The notes beneath the pieces are model-generated. The model was not told the origin of the DNA, searched no databases, and was given only the letters and a program-made list of their open reading frames with translations. A stretch of DNA of 64,000 nt, taken from positions 42,369-106,368 of the forward strand of contig JBIOXD010000050.1 of NCBI GenBank assembly GCA_044869265.1, given 5' to 3'. Numbering within the stretch: position 1 is the stretch's first letter; each line of letters opens with the position of its first letter. Position numbers and translations under genes: made by a program. Of the stretch, positions 35,066 to 45,369 are shown one piece after another. This DNA comes from Gemmatimonadales bacterium (lineage in GTDB: Bacteria > Gemmatimonadota > Gemmatimonadetes > Gemmatimonadales > GWC2-71-9).

Positions 35066-37927
35066 TCAGCTGTCTAAGACATCGCGAACCTTTCGGGCCA
35101 GCCCGTCCGGCGAGAACGGCTTCTGTACAAAAGCACTGCCGATCGGAAGCGAGCCGCGCTGCACGACAGCGTCCCCCGCATACCCGGACATGTAAAGCAC
35201 CCGCAATTCAGGGCTTCGTGCGGACAGCCGATCGGCGAGCTCGCGGCCCGACCGCCCCGGCATCACAACGTCCGTGAGAAGGAGGTGGATCGTCCCGCCA
35301 TGGCGCTCGACCACGCGCATGGCATCCGCGGGGTTGGCGGCGGCGAGCACCACATACCCGTGGGCCTCCAAGGCGCGCCGGATCAACGTGAGCACGGCCG
35401 CTTCGTCTTCGACAACCAGAATCGTTTCGGTGCCGCGCTCTGGCCGGTCCTTGGTGGCCGGCGGCGTCGTTGCCTGGGCGGGCTGGATACGGGGCAGATA
35501 GATCTTGAAATTCGCGCCCCGCCCGGGCGCCGAGTCGACGGCAATGTAGCCGTCGCTCTGCTTCACAATGCCATACACGGTGGCAAGCCCGAGACCGGTT
35601 CCTTTTCCGACTTCCTTCGTCGTGAAGAACGGTTCGAAGAGATGCGCTCGAACGCTGGCGTCCATCCCCACCCCGGTGTCGGTCACCGAGATCATGGCGT
35701 ATGAGCCGGTGACGGAGCCCAGGTGCCGCTGCGTGAACGCTTCGTCGAGCTCAACGTTGGCCGTCTCGATCGTCAACTTACCGCCGTCGGGCATCGCGTC
35801 ACGCGCGTTGACAGCGAGATTCACCAGCACCTGCTCGATCTGGTTGGGATCGGCCCGAACCGGGCCGAGATCGGGTGCGAGGACAGTGACGAGCGCGATG
35901 TGCTCGCCGATCAGCCGCCGCAGCATCCGCTCCATATCGGCCACGACGACGTTGAGATCGAGGGTCTCCGGCTGCAGCATCTGTCGGCGGCTGTAGGCGA
36001 GGAGCTGGCGGGTGAGCGAGGCGGCGCGCTCGGACGCCTTGCGAATCTCTTCGACATCCTGTCGTTTCTCGTCCCCCGGCGGGAGCTCGCGCAGGAGCAG
36101 CTGGGTGTTGCCGAGAATAGCGGTGAGCAGGTTGTTGAAGTCGTGCGCGATGCCGCCGGCCAGTTGCCCCACGGCTTCCATCTTTTGGGCTTGCCGGAAC
36201 TGCTCCTCGAGGTGCCGTTGCTCGCTGATGTCGCGCTGCGTTCCCCACACCCGCACGAGGTGTCCGTCCTCCAGGAAGCCCACCACGTTATTAAGGAAGA
36301 CGCGCGGCCGACCGTCCCGTGCGCGCTCCCGCGTCTCGGAACTCGACAGCCGGTAGCCGGAACGGATGAAGCTGCGAATCTGATCCCGGTTTGCAGCGTC
36401 CGCGACGTCGTGCAGATCGGCGAGTCGTGTGCCGAGCAGCTCGCTGGCTTCGTGGTAACCATACATGCGAGCCATGGCATCGTTGCACTCGGCGATTCGC
36501 GCACGTTCGTACACGAGGTTGATCTGCGCATCCTCCGGCAACGTCACCGCCACGGGGGGATCGATCTCAATACGTGACACGCCCTCGGAGCTTTGCGCGA
36601 TGAATGCGCGGTACCGCTCTTCCGATCGCTTCCGCTCCGTGACGTCCACGCCAATGCCGAGCCACTCGCCGTCGCCCAACGGAGCGTTCGCCCAGATCGT
36701 ATCCAGGACGGTGCCCTGCTTGGTACGGGTGCGGAAGTCGGTCCAGACGCCGGTGGGCGCGCCGATCGAATCGCGGACGCGCTGTCGATCGACGGGGTCG
36801 GGATAGAGGTCGGCGAAGATGTCGCGCTGCGTCGCCTCGACCACGGTGTACCCGAGGGTCCGCGACCATTCCCGATTTCCCCACTTGATCCGACCTGTCT
36901 GATCCAGCGAGACGAGCATGACGGGGATGTTGTCCACGATCTGTTGCAACAGTCCGGTTTGCTCTCTCAAGGCGTCCTCGATGCGCTTCCGCTCGACCGC
37001 CATGGCCATCTGTGACGACACGAAGGTGAGGATGTCGAGCTCGCTTTGCCCGTAGCGCACGCCCTGGGAGTAGGTCTGCATCACGACGACGCCGATGCTG
37101 CGGTCTTTGACCCTCAGCGGCACGCCGAGCCAGTCGATCGACGGCGCCCCGATCAGCTCGACTTCGCCCGCCTCCACGAGCTGCTCGTAGACTTCAGGAG
37201 TGGCGAGCAGCGGACGCCCCGTCCGCAGCACGTACTCGGTAAGCCCTTTGCGGAGCTTGCGCGGCCGGACGTCGCAGGTGAGATCGATCTCATCGACGAA
37301 ATACGGGAACTCGAGCTGATCCTTGTCGGAATCGTGCAAGGACACATAGAAATTCTTGGCCGGCATCAGCTCGCCCACGATTTCATGAATTGCGCGCAGC
37401 AGCTCGAGCAGATTCTCCGCCGTGTGCGCCGTATGCGAAATGCGGTACACCGCCTCCTGCACGCATTCGGCACGACGGCGCGCCGTCACGTCGCGGAAAC
37501 TCCACACGCGACCGACGGAACGGCCGTTCAGTCGAAGTGGGATCGAATACCGCTCGAGAACACGACCGTCTTTGAAGTTGAGAATATCGAAGCTGTCGGA
37601 CTCGGGCTCCGCGTAGCGCTCCTCGATCCCGTCGACGAAGTACTCCGGATTCCGGAGCTGATCCTGAAGGTGCTGGATCAGGCCACGGCGACTGGTCGCG
37701 TCACCGTTCGCCGCAATCAGCGCCGACGGAAGCCTCCACATCTCCTCGAAGCGCCGGTTGTGGGACACGATCTTGCCCTCGACATCGACCACGAGAATCC
37801 CATCGGCCGTCGATTCGAGGGCGGCTTGGAGGACGGAAACCGTGAGGGAGTCCACTACCCTACGGGGTTTATTTGCTCTCTTCTTGCGCTTCGTCGTCTT
37901 TTCCGCGTTAACCCGAGGTGTCGCCAT
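35066..37927 (-). CDS. Cytoplasmic hybrid sensor histidine kinase (multiple PAS, GAF, HisKA, HATPase_c, receiver)
   Basis: Several PAS-like blocks. HisKA box AGGIAHDFNNLLTAILG. N/G boxes (NLAVNARDAM, DTGVGM, GTGLGLATV). C-terminal receiver ILVVEDEAAV...LLLTDVVMPGRSG. No TM segment seen. Confidence 0.9.
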   Translation of the reverse strand: MATPRVNAEKTTKRKKRANKPRRVVDSLTVSVLQAALESTADGILVVDVEGKIVSHNRRFEEMWRLPSALIAANGDATSRRGLIQHLQDQLRNPEYFVDGIEERYAEPESDSFDILNFKDGRVLERYSIPLRLNGRSVGRVWSFRDVTARRRAECVQEAVYRISHTAHTAENLLELLRAIHEIVGELMPAKNFYVSLHDSDKDQLEFPYFVDEIDLTCDVRPRKLRKGLTEYVLRTGRPLLATPEVYEQLVEAGEVELIGAPSIDWLGVPLRVKDRSIGVVVMQTYSQGVRYGQSELDILTFVSSQMAMAVERKRIEDALREQTGLLQQIVDNIPVMLVSLDQTGRIKWGNREWSRTLGYTVVEATQRDIFADLYPDPVDRQRVRDSIGAPTGVWTDFRTRTKQGTVLDTIWANAPLGDGEWLGIGVDVTERKRSEERYRAFIAQSSEGVSRIEIDPPVAVTLPEDAQINLVYERARIAECNDAMARMYGYHEASELLGTRLADLHDVADAANRDQIRSFIRSGYRLSSSETRERARDGRPRVFLNNVVGFLEDGHLVRVWGTQRDISEQRHLEEQFRQAQKMEAVGQLAGGIAHDFNNLLTAILGNTQLLLRELPPGDEKRQDVEEIRKASERAASLTRQLLAYSRRQMLQPETLDLNVVVADMERMLRRLIGEHIALVTVLAPDLGPVRADPNQIEQVLVNLAVNARDAMPDGGKLTIETANVELDEAFTQRHLGSVTGSYAMISVTDTGVGMDASVRAHLFEPFFTTKEVGKGTGLGLATVYGIVKQSDGYIAVDSAPGRGANFKIYLPRIQPAQATTPPATKDRPERGTETILVVEDEAAVLTLIRRALEAHGYVVLAAANPADAMRVVERHGGTIHLLLTDVVMPGRSGRELADRLSARSPELRVLYMSGYAGDAVVQRGSLPIGSAFVQKPFSPDGLARKVRDVLDS

Positions 37928-38082
37928 GACCCGAATTTAGGGATTCACGAGTTCTTGGCCACGAAGCCTCCCAAGCGATTCTGGTAGCTGGGGATACACA
38001 GCTCGAGATCTCTGGTTCGGGCGAGCGGGCTGTAATCGCCCACCGGGGAAAAAGTGGGATCACCGATTTTGGGGCGGGAGAA

Positions 38083-38155
38083 CTCCCGAGGCAGGACTCG
38101 AACCTGCGACCCGCCGGTTAACAGCCGGCTGCTCTACCAACTGAGCTACTCGGGA
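38083..38155 (-). tRNA. tRNA-Asn (anticodon GUU)
   Basis: The reverse complement reads TCCCGAG TA GCTC AGTTGGTA GAGC A GCCGG CTGTTAA CCGGC GGGTC GCAGG TTCGAGT CCTGC CTCGGGA G. Confidence 0.96.
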
Positions 38156-38176
38156 ATGAGGCGCGAAATATAGAGG

Positions 38177-39025
38177 CTAAGGAGCTTTAGCATCTAGTCC
38201 CTTAGCCTCTCCCCAAACGGCGAGCATCATCGCGCACAGAATCGTCACAGCACCTGCGGCTTGGCTCAGCGTAAATGTTTCTCCCCAGTACAGCCATGAC
38301 GTCACGGCCGCGAACACGGGTTCTAGGCAGAGTAACAAGGACGCCCGTGCTGAGGACATGTGTCGCTGTGCGCGCATCTGCCAGAGGAGTGCCGCTGCGG
38401 TCGCAATGAGGCCCGTGAATACCAGCGCGGCAATCAAGGTCGGGGACCACGCCATTCGGATGTCCTCGAGGACAATCGCCGCGATCGTGACGCCCACGGT
38501 TGTTCCCGCGATCTGTAGCCAAACCAGACGACGCGCATTGTATCCTCTCGACAGCTCGGTGACCGCGACGATATGCCCGCCAAAGACGACCGCCGTGATC
38601 ATCGTCCAGAGATCACCGCGATTCAGCCCTCCGGCTTCGGGTGAAGTCAGGAAATAGATGCCGACACCTGCGATCGCCAGCGCCACCAGTACCATCCAAC
38701 CCGTGCGATGGCGCAAGGCAACCAGCGCAACCAACGGGGCGAGCACGGACGACAGCGCCACGATGAACGCGGAGCGCGCCGGCGTTGTGTATTGCAGTCC
38801 GACGGCCTGGCAGGCAAAACCGCTTGCGAGCAACACAGTCAGCAGCAAGCCACCGCGAATTTCGCCACGCGACCATGGGGTGCGGAAATCGACGAACGGC
38901 GCCAGTACGAGCGTGGCGAGCGCGAAGCGGACACTGAGGAACGCCAGCGGCGTACTGGCGCTGAGGGCCTTTTTAACGATGACGAAGCTCACGCCCCAAG
39001 TGAGCGTGGCGGCGATCAACAGCAA
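38177..39025 (-). CDS. DMT superfamily (EamA-like) transporter
   Basis: About 10 predicted TM helices in two EamA-like halves (WGVSFVIVK...). 282 aa. Confidence 0.8.
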   Translation of the reverse strand: MLLIAATLTWGVSFVIVKKALSASTPLAFLSVRFALATLVLAPFVDFRTPWSRGEIRGGLLLTVLLASGFACQAVGLQYTTPARSAFIVALSSVLAPLVALVALRHRTGWMVLVALAIAGVGIYFLTSPEAGGLNRGDLWTMITAVVFGGHIVAVTELSRGYNARRLVWLQIAGTTVGVTIAAIVLEDIRMAWSPTLIAALVFTGLIATAAALLWQMRAQRHMSSARASLLLCLEPVFAAVTSWLYWGETFTLSQAAGAVTILCAMMLAVWGEAKGLDAKAP

Positions 39026-39066
39026 GTCAGCCTGACGGACGGAAGGTCGGACGGCCGGTGACCCGG

Positions 39067-41886
39067 TCAGGATCCACCTGCCCGCGTCAAATCCCGGAGG
39101 TAGCGGCCCGTGATCGACTCGGTGGCGGCAACCTCCTCGGGTGTGCCCGTGGCGACCACGCGGCCGCCCTGGTCTCCTGCGCCGGGGCCGAGATCGATGA
39201 TCCAGTCCGCGCGCTTGATCACGTCGAGGTTGTGTTCGATCACGACGACGGTATGGCCCGCGTCGACCAGCCGATCGAGTACGCGACAGAGAACCCGGAC
39301 GTCGTCGAGATGCAGCCCCGTTGTCGGCTCATCGAGAAGGTAGAGCTTGCGCTTGCCCGCCGAGCGCCTGGTGCTCCCCGCGTGCGCCAGCTCGCGCGCG
39401 ATCTTCAGTCGTTGTGCTTCGCCGCCCGACAAAGTCGTCGCGGACTGCCCCAAACGCAGGTATCCGAGTCCCACCTGTTGCAAATACCAGAGACACCGCG
39501 CGAGACGAGGGTGCCGATGAAGTTTTTGGATTGCCTGATCCACCGTCCACTCGAGCGCCTGCGCGATGTTGACGCCTTGCATCTTGACGTCCAACACCTC
39601 GCGCTTGAAGCGGCTGCCGCCACAGACCTCGCACGGGACGAAGACGTTGGCCAGGAACACCATCTCGATGATCACGTGACCCGCGCCTTCACACGCTTCG
39701 CACCGCCCGCCTGCCACGTTGAAGGAAAACGTGCTCGGGGCGTACCCACGCGCCCGCGCCAGCGCTTCGTTCGCGAATAACGCCCGCAGCTCGTCGAACG
39801 CCTTGACGTACGTCACCGGATTCGAGCGCGGGGTGCGGCCAATGGGCGCCTGGTCGATGCACACCACGTCTTCCAGGGTCTCCCACCCCTTCACGTTGCT
39901 GATCTCACCGACCGGCTCCCCGAGGTGTCGCTTGGCCGTGTGCTCGCCTCTGAGCCGGGATTCGAGCTGGCGATACAGAACGTCGTGGACGAGCGTTGAT
40001 TTTCCCGAGCCCGATACGCCGGTCACAGCGGTGAAGGTGCCGAGGGGAATGCGCACGTCCACGCCGGCGAGGTTGTGGAGCCGCGCTCCTTTGATGTCGA
40101 GCCACCGTACCGCCGGCCGGCGTGCCGACGGCACGCCGATCGACTTCTCGCCCGAGATGTATTGACCGGTGAGCGTACCGGCCTCGCGCACCCCAGCCGC
40201 GGGTCCTTGATAGACGAGCTGGCCACCGGCGGCCCCGCTCGCGGGGCCAAGCTCTACCATCCAATCGGCAGCGCGCATGGCGGCAGGATCGTGCTCCACC
40301 ACGACCACGGTATTGCCACCGACCGACAATCTCCGCAGAAGCCCCAGCAATCGGTCGACGTCGGCGGGGTGCAAACCGATCGACGGCTCATCGAGCACGT
40401 AGAGGGTATCGACCAGATGAGAGCCGAGCGCATTGGACAGCGCGATGCGCTGCGCCTCCCCGCCGGAGAGAGTGCGCGTCTGTCGGTCCAGCGTGAGGTA
40501 GCCCAGTCCGACATCGTTCACAAACCCGACGCGTGCCCGCAGCTCGCCGAGAATGTGGTCAGCCACGGTCTGCTGGAACGCCGGCAACTTCAGCCGATCC
40601 AGCCAGACAGCGAGGTCGGCGGCCGTGAGCGCCGCCACTTCAGCAATCGTCTTCCCAGCGACTCGGACTGCCAGTGACTCAGGCTTGAGACGGGAACCGC
40701 CGCATCCAGGGCACGTCTTGGCGAGTTGGTACCGCCGCAGGAAAACGCGGATGTACTGCTTGTACCGCTTCTCTTCAAGCCGCTCCAAGAAAGGGAAAAT
40801 ACCGAGATAGCGGCCGCCCTTGTTGTGGAGCAGGAAGTGTCGCTCGCGTGGCGGGAGGTCACGCCACGGCGCGTCGAACGCGATGCCTCTGGCACGGGCC
40901 GTCTCCCGCAACAGTCTGCGCCGCCCCTCATAGCGAGGCATCGTCCATGGATCGAGTGCGCCGCGGGCAAGCGAGCGGTCCGGATGGGGGACAATGAGCG
41001 ACTCGTCGTATTCAAGGACAGCGCCAAACCCATTGCACGTGCCGCACGCGCCCCGCGGATTGTTGAAGGAAAAGAGCGTAGGCGTGAGCAATGGTGCCGC
41101 AGCGCCGCAAGCTGAGCAAGCGGGATGCTCGGAAAAGCGCCGGCGGTCGCCATTGTTCAGGGCGAGAGCAACACCTTCACCTTCGCTGAAGGCTGTCGCT
41201 ATCGCGTCGGCGAGGCGGTTCCGGTTCTCCGGAGTGGGCGCAATCCGATCTACGAGCACCAGCACATCCGTTCCGGCTCGGACGCTAGTCTCCGCCCCGT
41301 CCTCGTCCAGACGGACGACCGTCCCATCTACCTGGGCCCTGACAAAGCCGGCGGCACGGAGCTGCGCGGCGATCTCGACATCGGGGCGCTGGGCAGACTG
41401 CGGCAGGGGGAATGCGACCACCACATTCTCGGTTTCCCGTTTCCCGTTTCCCGATAGCACGTCGTCCACGGCCTCCTGCACCGTGTCGCGTTTCACCTGG
41501 CACCCGCATTGGAGGCATGTCTGTGTCCCGGCACGGGCCCACAATAGGCGCAGGAAATCGGCGATTTCCGTGGCCGTGCCGACGGTCGACCGGCTGGACG
41601 TCGTGGGGTTCTTTTGCTCGATCGCGACAGCCGGGGACAAGCCCTCCATCGAGTCGACCAATGGCTTGGGCATCCGTTCGAGGAACTGCTTGGCATAGGT
41701 CGATAACGATTCGATGTAGCGGCGCTGACCTTCCGCGTAGAGCGTATCGAAGGCAAGCGAACTCTTGCCCGACCCGGATGGGCCGGTAACGACCGAGAGC
41801 GCCCGGCGGGGGAACTCGACGGTGATGCCTTTCAGATTATGCTGGCGTACGTTGCGAAGCACGACGCGTTGCGGGGGCGCACGCAT
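39067..41886 (-). CDS. uvrA: Excinuclease ABC subunit A
   Basis: [37 protein letters not shown], zinc modules (CxxC pairs), LSGGEAQR signature twice, second Walker [11 protein letters not shown]. 939 aa. Confidence 0.92.
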   Translation of the reverse strand: MRAPPQRVVLRNVRQHNLKGITVEFPRRALSVVTGPSGSGKSSLAFDTLYAEGQRRYIESLSTYAKQFLERMPKPLVDSMEGLSPAVAIEQKNPTTSSRSTVGTATEIADFLRLLWARAGTQTCLQCGCQVKRDTVQEAVDDVLSGNGKRETENVVVAFPLPQSAQRPDVEIAAQLRAAGFVRAQVDGTVVRLDEDGAETSVRAGTDVLVLVDRIAPTPENRNRLADAIATAFSEGEGVALALNNGDRRRFSEHPACSACGAAAPLLTPTLFSFNNPRGACGTCNGFGAVLEYDESLIVPHPDRSLARGALDPWTMPRYEGRRRLLRETARARGIAFDAPWRDLPPRERHFLLHNKGGRYLGIFPFLERLEEKRYKQYIRVFLRRYQLAKTCPGCGGSRLKPESLAVRVAGKTIAEVAALTAADLAVWLDRLKLPAFQQTVADHILGELRARVGFVNDVGLGYLTLDRQTRTLSGGEAQRIALSNALGSHLVDTLYVLDEPSIGLHPADVDRLLGLLRRLSVGGNTVVVVEHDPAAMRAADWMVELGPASGAAGGQLVYQGPAAGVREAGTLTGQYISGEKSIGVPSARRPAVRWLDIKGARLHNLAGVDVRIPLGTFTAVTGVSGSGKSTLVHDVLYRQLESRLRGEHTAKRHLGEPVGEISNVKGWETLEDVVCIDQAPIGRTPRSNPVTYVKAFDELRALFANEALARARGYAPSTFSFNVAGGRCEACEGAGHVIIEMVFLANVFVPCEVCGGSRFKREVLDVKMQGVNIAQALEWTVDQAIQKLHRHPRLARCLWYLQQVGLGYLRLGQSATTLSGGEAQRLKIARELAHAGSTRRSAGKRKLYLLDEPTTGLHLDDVRVLCRVLDRLVDAGHTVVVIEHNLDVIKRADWIIDLGPGAGDQGGRVVATGTPEEVAATESITGRYLRDLTRAGGS
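41432..41453. repeat. Heptanucleotide repeat (GTTTCCC)x3 on the + strand, read as GGGAAAC on the coding strand; inside uvrA
   Basis: gtttccc gtttccc gtttccc g. Encodes SGNGKRE in UvrA. Confidence 0.9.
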
Positions 41887-41960
41887 AACCGGTAAAGATA
41901 GCGCTTCGGCTACCCGGTAGCCTTCTGGCCAGACCTCCCGATCCTCTCTACTTTCGCCCC

Positions 41961-43043
41961 GTGGCCCTAGCGCTCACGCCGCGCCTCCTCCGCCGAGGTC
42001 TCGAGCTTTTCGCCCTCATCTCCCTCGGCGGCGTCGCAATACTCGTTGCCTATTACCTGGTTCGTTTCGGTGATCGGGTTGACGTATTTCTCGCGCCGTT
42101 CTTGCGCCTCCATTGGGGATGGGTGGCGGTCGGCCTGGTGCTCGCTTCAATGGACTGGTTCGGTGGCGGACTCCGGCTGTGGGTCTGTACGCGCCACGTC
42201 TACCCGGCCGTCAGGTTGGGCGATATGTTCCTGGCTGGTGGGTTCGGCGCCTATGGTGCCTATCTCACCCCGTTTCAATCAGGCTCGGCGCCGATGGCGA
42301 TGTGGGTGATGAAACGCGCCGGCGTGCCCGTTCCGGTAGCTCTCAGCTCGATTTTCGTGACATTCATTTCGACAGTTGGGTTCTTCGCCATCGCCGGACC
42401 CATCGCCGTCTGGCTTGGCGCGGGCAGGTCGTTAGCTCAGCATGGCCTCATCCTGGGCATCACACTGTACGACCTCTTCAAGACCAGTCTGACGATCTTC
42501 GGCATCTTGGGGGTGCTGATGATCATGGCCGTTGTGTTCCCCGGCGTGGTGAAGCGCTTCATTCAGCGGCTCGCGGCCCGGATCGGACGCCGCAACCCGC
42601 GTGCTGCGGAGCGCATGGAGAAGCTCTCCGTGGGCGTGGATCGGGCGCACGACTGCATGGTTGCTTTTGGATCGCCCAGAGGTCTGTTCACGCTGTTCCT
42701 GGCCGTCATCATCTCGGCACCGTCTCATGCCAACAAGCTGCTGGCCGGCTACGTCACCATGCGCGTGCTGGGGCTGCCTGCGGATTTCACCGAGATTCTC
42801 CTGCTACAGACCCTCATTTCGTTCCTCCTTTACTTCGCACCCACCCCCGGGGCTTCGGGCCTCGCGGAATTGACCTCGGCAGCCGTCATGTCGATCTACG
42901 TGCCACGCGAGTTGACGCCGAGCTACACGCTGATCTGGCGATTCATCAACAGCTACGCAACGGTGATCGTCGGATCACTGATCTTTTGGTACTGGTTGCG
43001 CCGCGGACTGATTGGACGCGAGGAAGCCGTCGGCATCACCTAA
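41961..43043 (+). CDS. Flippase-like / lysylphosphatidylglycerol-synthase TM-region family (UPF0104) membrane protein
   Basis: About 8 TM helices. Pattern of conserved Arg/Gly-rich loops (WVCTRHV..., LTPFQSGSAPM..., APTPGASGLAE) as in the LPG_synthase_TM family. GTG start. Confidence 0.65.
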   Translation: MALALTPRLLRRGLELFALISLGGVAILVAYYLVRFGDRVDVFLAPFLRLHWGWVAVGLVLASMDWFGGGLRLWVCTRHVYPAVRLGDMFLAGGFGAYGAYLTPFQSGSAPMAMWVMKRAGVPVPVALSSIFVTFISTVGFFAIAGPIAVWLGAGRSLAQHGLILGITLYDLFKTSLTIFGILGVLMIMAVVFPGVVKRFIQRLAARIGRRNPRAAERMEKLSVGVDRAHDCMVAFGSPRGLFTLFLAVIISAPSHANKLLAGYVTMRVLGLPADFTEILLLQTLISFLLYFAPTPGASGLAELTSAAVMSIYVPRELTPSYTLIWRFINSYATVIVGSLIFWYWLRRGLIGREEAVGIT

Positions 43044-43140
43044 CTTTTTGTTAGGGGTGCTGTAACTTCTAGTTGCTTGCCGAGTTATACGCTCGCACGT
43101 AACTTCTCGGACCTGGCCACCGACACGGGAGTGCCTTTGC

Positions 43141-44571
43141 ATGGCGTTGCTTGAGCTGGGAGGGCGGGGGGGGCAACGGTATTCCCTCCCGCAGGGCGAG
43201 GTGCTCCTCGGTGCAGATCCATCCTGCGCCATCTCCCTAGCTTCTCCCGGCGTCCTCCCACTTCACGCGAAAATCAAGACAGCAGGCGACGGCGAAGTCG
43301 TAATCAGCAAGGCCGTCCCTGAAGCAGAGGTTCTGATCAATGGGGTGCGCTTGGGCGCCGAGCCCACGCCACTGCTGCACGGCGACAAGGTCGAGGTCGC
43401 AGGGCAGGAGCTGACGTTCGTCGACGAGCGACGCAGCGGCAGCACTCAATACATGCACGCGATAACGCCCCAAGCTGCGTCGCAGGCCCAGGAAAGCAAA
43501 AGTGCCAAGGCGACGGCCAATACAGGCGGTCGCGTCGTATCACTGACAGACGGCCGCGAATACGCGGTCGCCGGATCCTCACTCGTGTTCGGGCGGGATG
43601 CGTCCTGCGATGTCGTCGTTCCGGGCAAGGACGTGTCTCGCCGCCACGCCGAAATCGTGCAAACACCGAAAGGGTACTTGATCGTCGATTCGAGCACGAA
43701 CGGGACTTCCGTCAATGACGCGCGGGTCGAAGGGCAGCGGCTGCTCGCCCGTGCCGATGTGATCACGATTGGTGAAGAGAAATTCCGCTTCTACGCTGAC
43801 ACGCCGGCTCCGGCGCCGGCGCCGCCCCCGCCTCCTCAGAAAGCAGAGGCTGGTGGTGGGGTGACGGGCGCGCGTCTGCGAGAGACGGTTCACGGAATGC
43901 CGGCGGCACGCCCCCCTGGCACGTCTGCGCCGCCCCCGCCCCCGCCCCAAGCCCCGGCCCCTCGGCCGTCTGGGGGCGGGGGCGCCCTCGCCGCGTTCAT
44001 CGTTCGCAGCGGTGCGCTGAAAGGGCAGCGGTTGGTGGTGAAAACGCCGGTCGTCAACATCGGCCGGGCCGAGTACAACGATCTGGTTTTGACGGATGAG
44101 TCGGTATCTACTGCGCACGCCAAACTGCAACGTCGTGAAGGCGTATGGGTATTGATAGACCTCGACTCGACTAATGGAACATTCGTCGATGGCGATCAGA
44201 TAAAGGGGGAAATCCCGCTCGCGCCAGGCGCGAATGTCCGCTTCGGGGAAATCGGGCTGGTCTTCGAGCCGACGGATGATGCGGCGGCGGTCGCCAAGGG
44301 CGGTGCGACGCGCATGATGGAGAAGATGACGATGGAGCCCGCCCCGGCGCCGAAACCGGCGCCGAAGCCTCCACCGCCCAAGCCCGCGGCTCAGCCCCCG
44401 AAGCCCGTCGGTGCGAAACCCGTGGGTGCGAAACCCGTGGCTGCGAAACCCGTGGCCGCAAGACCCAAGGGAGCAAAACCTCCGGCCGCGCAGCAGAAAG
44501 CGAAGGGCTGCGGCGCGAGTGCGGTGATTCTCCTGGTGGTCGTTGGATTGGTTTACTGGGTGTTCATCTAG
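43141..44571 (+). CDS. Tail-anchored protein with three FHA domains and Pro-rich linkers
   Basis: Three FHA-like blocks: LGADPSCAISL...INGVRL...GDKVEVAG; FGRDASCDVVVPGKDVSRRHAEI...DSSTNGTSVND; IGRAEYNDLVLTDESVSTAHAKL...DLDSTNGTFVDG. C-terminal TM segment AVILLVVVGLVYWVFI. Confidence 0.8.
   Translation: MALLELGGRGGQRYSLPQGEVLLGADPSCAISLASPGVLPLHAKIKTAGDGEVVISKAVPEAEVLINGVRLGAEPTPLLHGDKVEVAGQELTFVDERRSGSTQYMHAITPQAASQAQESKSAKATANTGGRVVSLTDGREYAVAGSSLVFGRDASCDVVVPGKDVSRRHAEIVQTPKGYLIVDSSTNGTSVNDARVEGQRLLARADVITIGEEKFRFYADTPAPAPAPPPPPQKAEAGGGVTGARLRETVHGMPAARPPGTSAPPPPPPQAPAPRPSGGGGALAAFIVRSGALKGQRLVVKTPVVNIGRAEYNDLVLTDESVSTAHAKLQRREGVWVLIDLDSTNGTFVDGDQIKGEIPLAPGANVRFGEIGLVFEPTDDAAAVAKGGATRMMEKMTMEPAPAPKPAPKPPPPKPAAQPPKPVGAKPVGAKPVAAKPVAARPKGAKPPAAQQKAKGCGASAVILLVVVGLVYWVFI
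44410..44469. repeat. 15-bp tandem repeat x4 (GGTGCGAAACCCGTG) encoding (G/A)AKPV pentapeptides
   Basis: ggtgcgaaacccgtg ggtgcgaaacccgtg gctgcgaaacccgtg gccgcaagacccaag. Confidence 0.9.
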
Positions 44572-44578
44572 GCATCAC

Positions 44579-45367
44579 GTGCACATCACATCAGCTGGCC
44601 GCACCGATGTCGGCGTCATCCGGTCGGGGAATGAGGATAGTCTCATCCTGGTGCCCGACCGGGGCATCTTTGTCGTCGCCGATGGCATGGGTGGCCATGC
44701 CGCCGGCGAAGTCGCGAGTGAGATGGCGGTCCGCTTTGTGGCGCGGGAGCTCGAATCGCTGCGCGGACTCAACGACGAGCAGGTAGCCGATCGGATGCGT
44801 GGCGCGATCCGCACGGCCAACGGCGCAATCTTTCAGCGAACTCTCACCGAGCATGACAAGCGCGGCATGGGGACGACCGTGACCGCGCTGACACTGTTTG
44901 GGACGCGCTTCCTCATCGGGCAGGTGGGCGATAGCCGCGCCTATCTCCTGCGCGACAACCGCCTGAGCCAGCTCACGAAAGATCATTCCTACGTCCAAGA
45001 GCAGGTGGACGCCGGATACCTCACGCCCGAGCAGGCGCGTACCCATCCGTACAGCAACGTGATCACGCGGTGTGTGGGCGCGAACAGCGATGTCATGCCG
45101 GACATCTACGTCGGGACAGTGAAGGCGAGCGACGTCTTCCTGCTGGCATCCGACGGTCTCACGGGAATGCTCGAGGACTACCAGCTGCAGGAGCTGCTTT
45201 CTCCCGACAGAATGCCACAGGAGGAGGTGGACGCGCTGATCGCCGAAGCCAATCGCCATGGCGGGCTCGATAACATCACGGCGATCATCGTGCGCGTCGA
45301 TTCAGTCGATGCGCCGACGCCGGAAGACGACGTCAGGACTCAGCCGAACGCGCAGCGGCCCCGCTGA
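44579..45367 (+). CDS. PP2C-family Ser/Thr protein phosphatase
   Basis: GRTDVGVIRSGNEDS, VADGMGGHAAGEVAS, GTTVTAL, ASDGLT, GGLDNITAIIV. GTG at 44579 chosen (VHITSAGRTD). Confidence 0.87.
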   Translation: MHITSAGRTDVGVIRSGNEDSLILVPDRGIFVVADGMGGHAAGEVASEMAVRFVARELESLRGLNDEQVADRMRGAIRTANGAIFQRTLTEHDKRGMGTTVTALTLFGTRFLIGQVGDSRAYLLRDNRLSQLTKDHSYVQEQVDAGYLTPEQARTHPYSNVITRCVGANSDVMPDIYVGTVKASDVFLLASDGLTGMLEDYQLQELLSPDRMPQEEVDALIAEANRHGGLDNITAIIVRVDSVDAPTPEDDVRTQPNAQRPR

Positions 45368-45369
45368 TC

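Noticed and set aside
41887-41960. SOS/LexA operator upstream of uvrA (imperfect palindrome ACCGGTA…TAGC GCTTCG GCTA CCCGGT at 41888-41918)
   Set aside because: It does not match any LexA box I know, and the LexA motif of this lineage is unknown to me. The palindrome is short, imperfect and abuts the start codon. There is insufficient support to call a regulatory site.
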